Source: the human T2T-CHM13v2.0 reference genome, Homo sapiens. Taken from it: a stretch of 64,000 nucleotides of DNA. This document shows, one piece after another, positions 21,148 through 46,556 of this stretch. The translations under genes and the position numbers were made by a program. Every line of letters starts with the position of its first letter. The first letter of the stretch is position 1. The stretch lies in the NCBI RefSeq assembly GCF_009914755.1, contig NC_060925.1; one strand, 5' to 3'. The notes under the pieces are model-generated. The model was not told the DNA's origin. It saw nothing but the letters and a program-made list of their open reading frames with translations, and made no database searches.

Positions 21148-21806
21148 TAAGTTTGTTTTGCATTCTTTATGTTTGTTTGTTTTTTTTTAAAATAGCTTCT
21201 TTTATATCATTTTCTATATTTAGTTGCCTAATTACTCATCCAATGCCCCTCCCCCATGATATTTTCATAAAACATGGAGAGTAAGGTTGAGAAGGATATT
21301 TTAAATAGATGAGTTGGTTTGCTGCCAACCTTAGGAGCATATATTAATTTTTAAGATTGCTACCACGCCCCCTTTTAATGAGTGAGTAACTATGATTCAT
21401 GAAAATTTAGTTACATAACACTGGTGATGTTCATTTTAAACTTAGATCTCTAACAGTTGCTTTAAGTGAAAGCCTGCCTAAAACCATTTATCCTTAAATT
21501 TTGGTTTCTGATATATTTTATAATTCTTCTGTCCTTGATATCGTAGAGTTTGTGAGTGAGATTTGAGGTGTGGAGGAAAAGCCCAAACATTTTTTTATCC
21601 TTCCCTTTCAATTACAAATGAAAAGATGACGAAAACCTCTAAAAACCTCAAGGCTTTTATCAGTAATCTTCTCTGATGTTCATCTTTCCTAGAAATTTAG
21701 GGCCTGCCCTTTTCTCTACCCATGCTGTTCCTCCAACCAGCCCCCACAACCTACCCCCATCACTGGCCGAAAAACCCCACAAACAAAACAGCTCAACAGC
21801 TCTTAA

Positions 21807-22543
<737 letters not shown>

Positions 22544-23214
22544 AAGAGTTCTTAACCTTTATTCTTTCAGTAGTCTTCTGAAGGTGAGGTATCACCAGAC
22601 ATTTCCATATGCAGGAAATTGGTGTTTTGTGTATTTCTGGAAAGAGATAGTCTGTGGCTTTCATCAGATTTTCAAAGAAGCCCCTAATCCAAAAAAGGCT
22701 AGGAATCTGATGTATATTACAGGACCTTTCCTTCCCCTTCCCTTCCCACCCACCTCCAAAAAAGAAACAAAAATCCCATGTTTACTGAAGCCCTCTTGAA
22801 ATAGTAATAGTTGCCCTTCAGAAAGAGCCACCAGTTGGTATTCACACCTATTCTATTCCATCACCAGGCATTTTTGCCATTTTGTAAAATCAGTTTGGAA
22901 ATAAAAATGTAAACTTAGATGTGACAAGATGCACAGCCTCTTTGGGTTATACCTTGTATCCTGTAAGCAGATTGAACCCCAGGTAATTTTGACAGTGTAG
23001 GAGGGACTGGTCCCTGGCTCTTGCCCAGGAAACTCTTCCGATTAGAGTTCATATCTTGTGACGAGTATTCTGAAGTTACAGCATCTCTTTTAAGCTATTT
23101 GGACAGTAGAGGCCTCTAATAACCAACTTCAGTTTTTCTTTGTTACAGCAGTAGATCCTATATTAACTAGAAGAGCAGAGATCTGGGATTACAGGCGCAT
23201 GCCACCATGCCTGA

Positions 23215-23468
<254 letters not shown>

Positions 23469-23711
23469 GTCTGCACTCTGGCTCATCTAAGGCACCTGTG
23501 GGTAATTTGCCACCCTTGGCAATTGGCTTTCCAAAGCCTGGCTGTGTCCATTCCCTGCCTCCTCATGGCCAACCATAATCTGGCCATGGTGGATTCTTCC
23601 TTGTTCTGTTAACACCTCAGGTATCATTTTATGCATACAGTTGCGCTCTTGCCTCTTTTAAATTGAAGCCTTAAGGACAACTGTAGACGTTCCCTCACCG
23701 AAACCCTAGAC

Positions 23712-23931
23712 CAGGGGTGTCCAATTTTTTGGCTTCCCTGGGCCATATTGGAAGAATTGTCTTGAGGCACTCATAGAATACACCAACAATAGCTGATGAG
23801 CTTTAAAAAAAAAAAAAAATCACAAAATAAATCTCATAATGTTTTAAGAAAGTTTACGAATTTGTGTTGGGCCTCATTCAAAGCTGTCCTGGGCCACATG
23901 TGGCCCATGCTTTGTGGGTTGGACAAGCTTG
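23712..23931 (+). mobile_element. MER30 DNA transposon
   Basis: caggggtgtccaa...ttggacaagcttg termini; 8-bp TSD ccctagac/ccctggac. Confidence 0.88.
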
Positions 23932-24366
23932 CCCTGGACTGTAAGCTCTGTGAGGGCAAATTCCTGTCATACTAGTCTCCTGGGCTTTTCCAGAAGCCCC
24001 ATGCTTTTTTATGCCTCTTTCCCCTTTGATGTACTGTTTCCTGTCCCCGAAACACCTGCCTTCATCATCCCGCTAGGTCTTGTTCCTACCAATCTCCCAT
24101 TCAAACCCCTGTTTTTCCACAAAAGCCCATCTCACATATTACCACCTCTGTAAATCCTTTTCTAACTTATTCAGGGTGACCGAATTCTGTGTTTCTGTGC
24201 CCCCTTAATACTTGTTATATAAGTCTCCTTCCCCAACCACCCCCACACTTACCACATCACGTTAGCAAGAATGAGAGCAATTTGAGGGCAGTGGCTTTGT
24301 ATCTTATTTATAGCCCTGGCACCAAAACAGTTTGTTGAATGAATTTGATAAAATCAGACGTATAGG

Positions 24367-24663
24367 GCTGGGCACAGTGGCTCACGCCTGTAATCCCAGC
24401 ACTTTGGGAGGCCGAGGTAGGCGGATCACGAGGTCAGGAGATCGAGACCATCTTGGCTACCATGGTGAAACCCCATCTCTACTAAAAATACAAAAAATTA
24501 GCCGGGTATGGTGGCGGGTGCCTGTAGTCCCAGCTACTCAGGAGGCAGAGGCAGGAGAATGGCATGAACCCGGGAGGCAGAGCTTGCAGTGAGCCGAGAT
24601 CACGCCACTGCACTCCAGCCTGGGCGACAGAGCAAGACTCTGTCTCAAAAAAAAAAAAAAAAA
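24367..24663 (+). mobile_element. AluY SINE
   Basis: Full Alu with poly-A; aaaatcagac repeated on both flanks. Confidence 0.9.
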
Positions 24664-24957
24664 TCAGACATATAATGGTTACATAGTAAACACTGGTAAC
24701 TTTTTAAAAGTCACATGTGTATTCAGTACTTGAAAGTTAAGGTTGTTGGGAATATGGTGGTTAATAGCACAGTTGAACATAATGGAAGAATTCACTACCT
24801 TAGAATGATCAGTTTCTGTTTTGATACATTTCGTACCAAAATTTCTTCTACAACTCATCAATTATTCTTCGTTGTTTGTTTCACACCATTCTCGAAATCT
24901 CACATACTCTTTTCTCAAATTCAGGGAGTCATGTGATATTTCTTGTTTTATTCACAG

Positions 24958-25003
24958 AGGGCTGGTTTTTAAGTTTGGCCGCACTGAAGACTTATGGCAG
25001 TGA
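24958..25003 (+). CDS. TMEM50A: TMEM50A exon 7 coding part with stop
   Basis: cacag| GLVFKFGRTEDLWQ* (TGA 25001-25003); total CDS 93+113+68+93+61+46=474 nt. Confidence 0.97.
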
Positions 25004-26660
25004 ACACATCTGATTTCCCACAGCACAACAGCCCTGCATGGGTTTGTTTGTTTTTTTACTGCTCACTCCCAACCTTTTGTAATGCCATTTTCTAAACTTA
25101 TTTCTGAGTGTAGTCTCAGCTTAAAGTTGTGTAATACTAAAATCACGAGAACACCTAAACAACAACCAAAAATCTATTGTGGTATGCACTTGATTAACTT
25201 ATAAAATGTTAGAGGAAACTTTCACATGAATAATTTTTGTCAAATTTTATCATGGTATAATTTGTAAAAATAAAAAGAAATTACAAAAGAAATTATGGAT
25301 TTGTCAATGTAAGTATTTGTCATATCTGAGGTCCAAAACCACAATGAAAGTGCTCTGAAGATTTAATGTGTTTATTCAAATGTGGTCTCTTCTGTGTCAA
25401 ATGTTAAATGAAATATAAACATTTTTTAGTTTTTAAAATATTCCGTGGTCAAAATTCTTCCTCACTATAATTGGTATTTACTTTTACCAAAAATTCTGTG
25501 AACATGTAATGTAACTGGCTTTTGAGGGTCTCCCAAGGGGTGAGTGGACGTGTTGGAAGAGAGAAGCACCATGGTCCAGCCACCAGGCTCCCTGTGTCCC
25601 TTCCATGGGAAGGTCTTCCGCTGTGCCTCTCATTCCAAGGGCAGGAAGATGTGACTCAGCCATGACACGTGGTTCTGGTGGGATGCACAGTCACTCCACA
25701 TCCACCACTGAAGGAAAGGAAAAAAGGGCAGAGACTTGACACTCCAGTCTTAGACAGGGGACAATTTCTTTGTAGTTGTTCTGATAATAAACTGGGTTCC
25801 ATGTTGCATTTCATCTGTGTACTGAACCACTAGCCTAATAGACCAGCACGGTCAACTAGAATGACAAACATTAGCTACTGGGAACTCTTGTTGTCTCTTC
25901 CTCTTCAGAACTCTTGTCCCCCCAGGCTCCCCACCTCTGCAAGATGGGATACACTCTTCAGGACCACAGTTTGAAATGTCTTTCATAAAATGTGCTACAA
26001 TTAGCCTTCGGAATATTTGCTGGGTGATTTAAATGTGTGGGTCTCATTTCCATGCTAGCCATGGTCATCTGACAGTCTCTACACTGTGAATATTGCCTGG
26101 TGATCAAGACTCTCCTCAAAGAAATGACTTGCTGTCATCCCACATGAACTCCTGATGTTTTTTCTACAAAAGTCCATAAAATGTGAAAACTGGAGAAGAT
26201 CTTAGAGGTTGAAGCCCACCTTCTCTTTTCACATAGGAGGGAACAGACCATGGAAATTTAAACGACTTCCTCACGGTCACAGAACTAGTTTTTTAATCCT
26301 CAGGCAGTGCATCCCCCCACCCTACAACTGAGCACAACCTCTTTCCCCACAGTGCAATTCAGAATATGCTCAGGGAATGCCAGCCACCTTGTAAAACTGC
26401 TGGGAGAAAAGCATGATTCCCACAAGGACTAAGTATCAGTGATTTGTAATTTTCCTGTTTTGTATTATCTGCTTTGCTGATGTAGACAAGAGTTAACTGA
26501 GTAGCATGCTTTATTAAGCATGAGAAAGAATCTTAAGAATTGTCAATAAAATTAACCCAAAACTTTAATAATGTGTCTGTAACCAAGAAAATATTGATAG
26601 CATCATCCTAATGAAACTAAACATTTATTTTAAACTTATTAAATTGACTCTTAAACTAAG
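25004..26660 (+). terminator. TMEM50A: TMEM50A 3' UTR with alternative poly(A) signals
   Basis: AATAAA at 25269-25274, 25786-25791 and 26545-26550; ATTAAA at 26638-26643. Which are used cannot be determined from sequence. Confidence 0.7.
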
Positions 26661-26824
26661 TTTTTAGTCTTTAATTTTTTAATATCAAATCTGTCTCTGA
26701 CCTTGTTTCATTATACATAAGGAGACTTTGCTGTCATGAGCGTTTCTCACGTACAAATGCAGGCAACAGTGAGAGGAAGTTGTCTTGTTTTTGAACAGGC
26801 CTTGTTTTTCTTGGATGCTTTTGC
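26490..26824 (-). terminator. RHCE: RHCE 3' UTR and poly(A) signals
   Basis: Minus-strand AATAAA (tttatt on +) at 26624-26629 and 26510-26515. Confidence 0.75.
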
Positions 26825-26851
26825 TTAAAATCCAACAGCCAAATGAGGAAA
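26825..26851 (-). CDS. RHCE: RHCE exon 10 coding part
   Basis: FPHLAVGF* ; acceptor AG at 26852-26853. Confidence 0.97.
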   Translation of the reverse strand, partial: FPHLAVGF

Positions 26852-27214
26852 CTGTAAAAGCAAAACAAACATTTTTATTGCAGATGAACCCACATACTGA
26901 TTTTGGCTTGATCTCTTGAAACAGCCTAAATGTCTCATTACAAAGACCTTAGAAATTCTTTCATAAAATCTGAATTGGAAGAGATCTTGGATATATAGGT
27001 TTTATTTCATCTAACGTTTTACATGGATTGTTGATAAATGGCCATCTGGCTTTTATTTGAATGCCTCCAAAGACAGAGGACTCACTACTGCCATATGAAG
27101 TAGCTCATTCCATTTGGCAGACAGTTGAGATTGTTAGAAATTTATACTGCACCTCCCCTGGGCCTAGTTAAATTCTTTGGAGAAGTGTAGAGAAAAAGTA
27201 TTTTTCTTCTACAT

Positions 27215-32285
<5,071 letters not shown>

Positions 32286-32480
32286 TACAGAAAACGCAAA
32301 CCTTAGTGACAGAAAGTAGTTCAGTGGTTGCCTTTGGGTGGGACCAGGTGGGTAGGAAGGGAGGAATTTCAAAGGAGCAGGAGGAAGTGTGTGGAAGTGA
32401 TGGGTGTGCTCCTTGTCTTGATGGTGGTGATGGTCTCTTCAGTGTATAAATACGTTAAAATGTATCAAATTATATACTTT

Positions 32481-33540
<1,060 letters not shown>

Positions 33541-34765
33541 TAGTGAGCAACATCTTGGATGCTGGGTGGGGCAAGCATTGGCCTGGGACTCAGAAGGCCT
33601 GGGTTCCGGTCTTGGATCTGCCACTCACAAAGGCACAACACCGGGCAGCAGCCTGACCACTGTTGGCCTGGACTTGCTGTGACAATACTGGTCCCTGCTG
33701 GTCCAGCCTACCCACAGCATTGACTAGAGGATGGCCTAAGGGGACACATCAGAGTGCTGCGTGAACTATGAGTGTAGGTCAAAGGGAGGAGAGTGGGAGG
33801 GGAGGCAGGGAGTGAGCTCCAACCTTCTTCACCTTCTTTCTAGCCCAGTCACAACAACAAATGCTACAATGTAACACGGGACCCTCAGCAGCTGCTGAGC
33901 TGTTTGAACTTTATGTCCCTTTGCTAAGTGACCTCAGACTCCTGTACTACAATTTTTTTGTGCCTGCTTGTTATCATTTATCAAGAGCTGTGTTCAGGAC
34001 TCAGCCTGGATACTCACACACTGTAAGAATTTTTTTTTTTTTTTTTTTTTTTTGAGACAGAGTGTCAGCTCTTGTCACCCAGGCTGGAGTGCAGTGGCGC
34101 AATCTCAGCTCACTGCAACCTCTGCCTCCTGATTTCAAGCGATTCTCTTGCCTCAGCCTCCTGAGTAACTGGGATTACAGGCATGTGCTACCACGCCCAG
34201 CTAACTTTTGTATTTTTAGTAGAGATGGGGTTTTGACACGTTGGCCAGGCTGGTCTCGAACTCCTGGCCTCAGGTGATCGCCCCACCTCAGCCTCCCAAA
34301 GTGCTGGGATTACAGGCGTCAGCCACCGTGCCCAGCCAGTTGTAAGATCTTGATAAGTCATGTCTCCACTCTTAGCATCTGTCAAAAAAGGGGTTGGACT
34401 CCAAGGCTTGAGGTTTCTTCCAGCTTTTGCATTGCGGGGTTCTGTCACCCGCATGTCAAACTATTTGGCTACGCTGAGGACTGCAGATAGCGGGAGGGGA
34501 AGTGTGGCCAGTGAAAGCTGTCTCATCCCTGACTCTGAATGAATTTGAGGTATCAGGGAAATGGTGACCTTTACCACCTCCCCGCCACCCTCCCCCACAC
34601 ACATGCATATCATGGATTTGTTTCTCCTCTAGTTCCTCCTGCAATGCTCCTTACTCCATTTTTGTTTTTGTTTTACTCATAAACAGCAAGTCAACATATA
34701 TACCCAGGTATGTTTTTAAGTTCATGCACTCAAAATCTATCACGTTAATAGGTGAAAAATCTTAC

Positions 34766-34839
34766 CTTCCAGAAAACTTGGTCATCAAAATATTTAGCCA
34801 CATGAGGTGCTTTCCATATTTTGAGATTTAGGAGCAAAC
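34766..34839 (-). CDS. RHCE: RHCE exon 9
   Basis: (G)[24 protein letters not shown]; Val398 is CE-type; 74 nt; AG/GT borders. Confidence 0.97.
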
Positions 34840-34978
34840 CTGTTTAAATGCATAATTTAATGTTAAAAGATTTGGAGCACAGGATTTTTAATCTCAAGAT
34901 TAATCAAAATATTGTGTGTGTCAAAACGACAGTGTCTCAACAGAAATCCTTTTTCTCCCACAATTGAAAGACAAATAA

Positions 34979-35361
<383 letters not shown>

Positions 35362-35660
35362 TAAACAATTTTTTTTTTTTTGAAAAAAAGAACTGGGAAT
35401 GGCAGTGTACTGAGCAGTACATGAGAGCCACAGATCTGACGCCCTTCCCCAGACGGAGTAGAAGGGCCCCACGAAAGCTGATCCATGTAAGACATATGGG
35501 CTACTATGGAGGGCGACTCCAGTTGGGTGCTCCTATAGGTCTGTCTTCTCTGGCTCCAGTCAACTCCTGGGAACCTCAGCTTAAGATTCCACTTGTGTAG
35601 TTAGGAAAGTAGCTTATAACTTGCTTAAGTGCCTGTCCTTCCTTTTCCCCATCTTTTTAA

Positions 35661-35930
<270 letters not shown>

Positions 35931-36460
35931 TAAAGGGCTGCAATTACAGGTGTGAGCCACTGTGCCCAACCTCCATTCCCTGTCTACTCTCTGCCCAGGT
36001 AGCTTGGCCATATGTATTCCTCCAGCTTCCCGAAGCTGGCTGAATTTCACAGGACACATGGAATGAGTACTTCCTTTCACAGGAAGCAAGGAAATGCTCC
36101 TGATAGATTTATCTGTGTATTATTAAGGATGATCAGTTCCAGTGTCGTTAACAAGAATGGGTGAGTGCTTAGTGAGATTCGTATTTCCCTTTCGTGGTGC
36201 TGCTTTTAGCAGATATTGGCATGCAGGGTACAACCAGCATGACGCAGTTATTAGCTTGAATTACTCAGTAATGATCTCTGGCGCCTGCATGAATTTTCCA
36301 GATAGCTGAGGCTTACTCATCACTGAGGAATATCTGTCTAAAATATATTTTGTCTTCTGAGACAACATTAAACATATTTAGACTTTTTAAAAAAAAAATC
36401 AGAACCATCACTAGGAACACCCACTTATAACGTGCCATATAACGTGGAAAAGGTTTGTAG

Positions 36461-36815
<355 letters not shown>

Positions 36816-36984
36816 CTAAAAAAAAAAAAAAGAATTTCTCTTCCTCTGTTAGGCTCTTTGCTTTCACTTCTAACTTCTGCTGGTGTACTTTACCTCTAGA
36901 AACCTAGCCCACCTCTAATCTGCTATTTCTAATCTACCTGGGCTGAGAAACCCAATAACTATGCTTGATAGGATTGTTCCTTAA

Positions 36985-37302
<318 letters not shown>

Positions 37303-38174
37303 TAGGATTGCCCTGGCTTGAACTCCTGGCCTCAAGCTATTCTCCCACCTCAGCTTTCCAAAGTGCTGGGATTACAAGTATGAGCCACCCAAGTTGTTTT
37401 TAATCACCAGTTTGCTCATGTCAAAAACAACATGTAAAGAAGAAAGCTTGTTGGTCTTAACTCTTAAAGGAACAATATGATTGTCTTTTCCTCTATTCTC
37501 TTTTTTGACTCCAGTGAAGCATAAGAAAAGACCCCCGGGTACTTTGCAAGACAGAGGGCAAGTCAGCACCACTTCGAATATACCAGTGATAACAGTGAAT
37601 AGTGTGAGTCCCAGGACAGGGTTGCCAAATAAAATGCAGGATACCCAATTCATTGCGAATTTAAAAACAGACACCTTGCATTTTTGCTAAATCCGGCAGC
37701 CTTTCCCAGGGTTGGATTGCCAGCTGCCACGAACTGAACGTTAACTTACGGAATTAACTCTACTCCGCCTCTGCTTCTTCACACAGACTCTGCCAAAAGC
37801 TAAGGCCAGACATTGGTATATTAAAGCAATTCTAGCCAATCTCACACTCAAAAATTACCCAAGTAACTCCAAAATGTACCTCCATACAGTTTGTTAAAGC
37901 TGGAAGGAAGCCAGCTTAGTTACCATAATCCTTTCATTTTACAGAGAAGCTAACCAAGGCTCAGAGGGAGTGAAGTGACATGCCCAATGTCACCACACAA
38001 CTCATAGTGTCTTACGCCATTTGTCTCTTATTTGGCATCCACCTCCTGCTTAGGGACACATATATGGGTGTCTAACCAATAAAAGATGTTTGCTTGTAGA
38101 ATAACAAGTTCTGGATGGAATGTATATTTTCTTTCTTTTTTTTTTTTTTGAGACAGTCTCACTCTGTCACCTAG

Positions 38175-38658
<484 letters not shown>

Positions 38659-39647
38659 TTACAGGTATGAGCCACTGCACCTAGCCACATATTTTCACCT
38701 GGCATATAAGTAAAACTGGCTAATTAGCAACTCCCCTAGATTTTTTGCTTTTCTATTGTATTGCAAGAACAGAAACATACTTTTCCCCTTTGTTGAAAGA
38801 TCTCCAGTGGCTTCCCATCTTTTATAAGGGCCTGCTCCTCACTACCATTCTGCCCTCAACCCCTGCTGCTCCTTCTCACTCCATTCACACCAACCACACT
38901 GGTCTCCTTACTGTTCCCTCAACACACAAAGCATGCTGCTGTCTCAGGGCCTTTGCACTTGCTATCCTATTTTCATGGAATGTTCTTCCCCTAACTAAAT
39001 GCATCGCATATCTCCCTCCTCTTCATTGGGGTCTCTGCTTAAAAGCTAACTACTCAGATAAGCTTTCCCTGACCACCCCCCTAAAAGAACACCCCATCCC
39101 ACATTGACTCTATGTTTCTCTAGTTTGCTCTGTCTTCACAGCCACTTCTTCCCATCTGGCGTAGTAGACACTTATTTGTCTATTTATTGCTAATACCTTC
39201 CCCCACTAGAAGGTCAATTCCATGGGGTCAGGGAATTTGTTTTGCTCACTGCTGTGTCCCCAGTGCCTGGCTCATAGTGGATATTGAATAAATATCTGTT
39301 GAATAAAATAGTATTATGGGTGTCCTCAGAAATAAAAGGTAGGCTTTTGGGTGTAAGGATTTTCTCGGGCTTCTGTGCAAAACTGAGTGTGATCACCAGC
39401 CCTGGGTTCAAAAGTCTGCAACGTTGCCACTCACCCTACTTATAACCTCAGGGATGTCCCTTCCCTGCCCTGGCCTCACAGTCCACATTAGCAGCAGGTG
39501 ACCTCTAAGAACCTTTCCAATTCTGAAATTATGTGATCCTCAGGGAAGGAGATGGGGCACATAGACATCCAGCCACACGGCAGGGTGCGCTCTGGACGTG
39601 GGTGCTGTGTCCTGGCAATGGTGGAAGAAAGGTGGCCTCACACTGAC

Positions 39648-39727
39648 CTGTCAGGAGACCAGACGTGAGAGCTATCACGATGGCCAAGCTGAGTTCCCCA
39701 ATGCTGAGGAGGACCTGGAAGCCAATC
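39648..39727 (-). CDS. RHCE: RHCE exon 8
   Basis: IGFQVLLSIGELSLAIVIALTSGLLT; 80 nt; AG/GT borders. Confidence 0.97.
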
Positions 39728-41050
39728 CTAGAAATGACAAAGCAGAGGTGGTCACTTGGGCATCAGGCAGCAGAGGTCATCAGGGACAAAAAGGACTGTC
39801 GGTGTCAGTAGTGCCATTGCCAGGAAGGGCCATGAGGAAAACAAGGGTCCTCTCCCTGGCTGGTACATTCCCCTGGCATTTTCCCAAAAAGCCACGCAGA
39901 CATGTGGGAGGGAGGGAGGCGACGGAGATTCCAAGATTGTGGCTTATTTTAGTTCCCAGCACCTCATGGATAATGAACCAGACCAGGAGTCAGAAAACCC
40001 AAGCTCAAGTCCCAGCTCTGTCACTTACTAGCTGCAAGACCCTGGGCAAGTCCTTTAACCTCTCAGAGCCTCCAGTTTTCTCTCTCTCTCTTTTTTTTTT
40101 TTTTTTTTCTGTTTTTGTTTGTGAGATGGAGTCTCACTCTGTCGTCCAGACTGGAGTGCAGTGGTCGGCTCACTGCAACCTCTGTCCCCCAGGTTCAAGC
40201 GATTCTTGTGCCTCAAGTAGCTGGGACTACAGGCATGCGCCACCATACCTGGATAATTTTTGTATTATTAATAGAGACGGGGTTTCACCATGTTGACCAG
40301 GCTGAACTCGAACTCCTGACCTCAAGTGATCTGCCCGCCTTGGCCTCCCAAATTGCTGGGATTACAGACATGAGCCACCACATCTGGCCAGCCCCAGTTT
40401 TCTCGTTAGGCAATTAAAGATGAAGGTTCTATTTCTCTTGGGGCAAGGTGGGTGGGGTAGAGCTTGGCTTTCAGACCCATCTCCCCTGCCCATCCCTACC
40501 CCTTGAACATACTTCCAGGATCTCTCTCCTTCAAGGCAACCCCAGGGGTTCAATTCAAACATTAAGCTATTACGGGGGCCCCTGGATGCTGAATGTGATT
40601 GTCCCAGGGTTCAGCATGCACCTGGGCACTGCCAGCCCGTTCACTGCAGCCCCACGGATAGTTGTACACAACAAGCCAGTTTTTTAAGCCTTTCCTATTT
40701 CTTGTCTCAACAGGTGGGCAGCTCATGTTCTCATTTTTAAGACAAAGGAAAGCTCCAAGCCTGCAGCCTCATGGGGTGGACCCCACCTTGTATGTCATTT
40801 GGTTATCTTCCCTGTCTTTACTGATTGTTCATTATAAAGTGGGAGAAATAATCACAGTCCCTACCTCATAAGATCATAGGAGAGTGGAGAGAATTAAAAA
40901 GAATTACCTGCAGACTAGAAAAATAAATTAAGGCCGGGTGTGGTGGCTCACACCTGTAATCCCCGCACTTTGGGAGGCCGAGGCGGGTGGATCATGAGGT
41001 CAGGAGATGGAGACCATCCTGGCTAACACAGTGAAACCCCTTCTCTACTA

Positions 41051-41239
<189 letters not shown>

Positions 41240-41996
41240 TTAAAAAGATAAAAAGAGTTGCCACCCTGCTGCTCTTGTAGGGAGTGCAGATGTCAACAAC
41301 TACCTGCCCAACCATTCAGGCAGCCATCCCCCCTTCCGTGTGGCAAGCTCCAGGCCCTCATCTTTGCCATCTTTGTATATATTCAATAGTTTGCTTCCTC
41401 CCCAGCTCCAAACACAGTTCAGGTTATCAAAACCTCAGGGAAATGTTTGTTGAATGACTGAAAAATGGAGTCAATTACTCAATTCATTGATCTAAAATTA
41501 AGTGATTTTTAGAAAAAAATTCAGGGGGACATATGCATGACCTTGCAAATTTCTTTTTTTTTTAGATGGAGTCTTGCTGTGTCACCAGGCTGGAGTGCAG
41601 TGGCGTGATCTCAGCCTCCCGAGTAGCTGAGACTACAGGCAAGAGCCACAACGCCCAGCTAATTTTTTGTATTTTTAGTAAGGACAGGGTTTCACCATGT
41701 TGGCCAGGATGATCTCGATCTCTTGACCTTGTGATCTGCCAGCCTCAGCCTCCCAAAGTGCTGGGATTACAGGTGTGAGCCACCGAGCTGGCTGCAAAAA
41801 TTCTTAAACAGGACATAAAAGAACTAAGCATAAAGGGAACAATGATAAATTGGGCTATATTAAAATTAAGAACCTCCTTGTTCAAAAGACACCATTAAGA
41901 AAGTAAAAGGTGGGCTGGGCATGGTGGCTCACACCTGTAATCCTGGCACTTTGGGAGGCCAAGGTGGGCCAAAGTTGAGGCTAGGATTCAAGATCA

Positions 41997-42242
<246 letters not shown>

Positions 42243-43319
42243 TCATATCCAGGATATGTAAGGAATTCCTAAAATCAATAAGAAAAAGACAGAACACCAC
42301 AATAGAAAATGGGCAAACTAACTTGAATAGACATTTCACAAGAAAAGATATTCAACTGTCCAAAAAGCATATTAAAAGTGCTCCATTTAGTTAGTTATTG
42401 GAGATATCAAAATGTAAAAAATAGGTTTCACTGCTAAATGACTAATCAAAAAGAAGGAAAACACCAAGTGTTAACAAAATGTGGAGTAAAAGGAGCTTCT
42501 ATACACTACTGGTGATTAGATTGGCGCAAACTACTAGAGAAAACTGTTTAGCAGTAGCCACTAAGGCTGACTGTGTGAATACTGTATAACTCAACAATTT
42601 CACTTCTAGGCATATAATCAACAGAAGTGCATTCGTGTGCTCCAAAAACAAAAGTGCTAGAATGTTCAGAGGAGCAATACTAGAATATTCATAATAGCTC
42701 CAAACTGGAAACTACCCAAATCCTCCTCAATAATGGATAAATAAATTCTGCTGCATTCACACAATGGAACACTTGTTCCAACTATCTTTTCTTAGATTCT
42801 CGATTTGTCTATCCGGCATTCATTTATGACAGGGCCACACTAATGGCCAAAGTTGTTTATCTCGTTTTCTTGCAAGTCAGCTTTCTCAGGCATGGGAAAC
42901 TCATATTATAAACCCCTCAGCTACAAATTCCAACATATGTGTTTTCACTTCCTGCCCATTAGTGGATGCCCTCACCCAGTTACTCTCCCACCACTCTTTT
43001 TCATAAAGGCATAGGCCCAGTTCCCCCTCTCTTTCTGCTGCCTGGTCCCTGGATGACACAGTTTTGTGTGGCCCTGCAAGACGTGTTCTGCCTCTTTTTT
43101 ACAGGGGAACTGTGAACAACAAAACTTTCCTTCCAATAATACTGGAAGAAAATGCCACTCAGTCACCTTTATAAATTAAGACCCAAGCATGACAGAACAC
43201 TATATCCCAGTGGAAAAAAAGTACAGCAATGCTTAACAACCTGGATGAATCTCACAACTACAATGTTGAGTAAAAGAAGCATACAAAAGCACAGACTTAC
43301 TGTATGATTCCATGTATAT

Positions 43320-46556
<3,237 letters not shown>

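Noticed and set aside
39598-40296. 232-aa + strand ORF antisense to RHCE exon 8
   Set aside because: Non-ATG start, runs through MIR and Alu sequence, no domain; most likely chance
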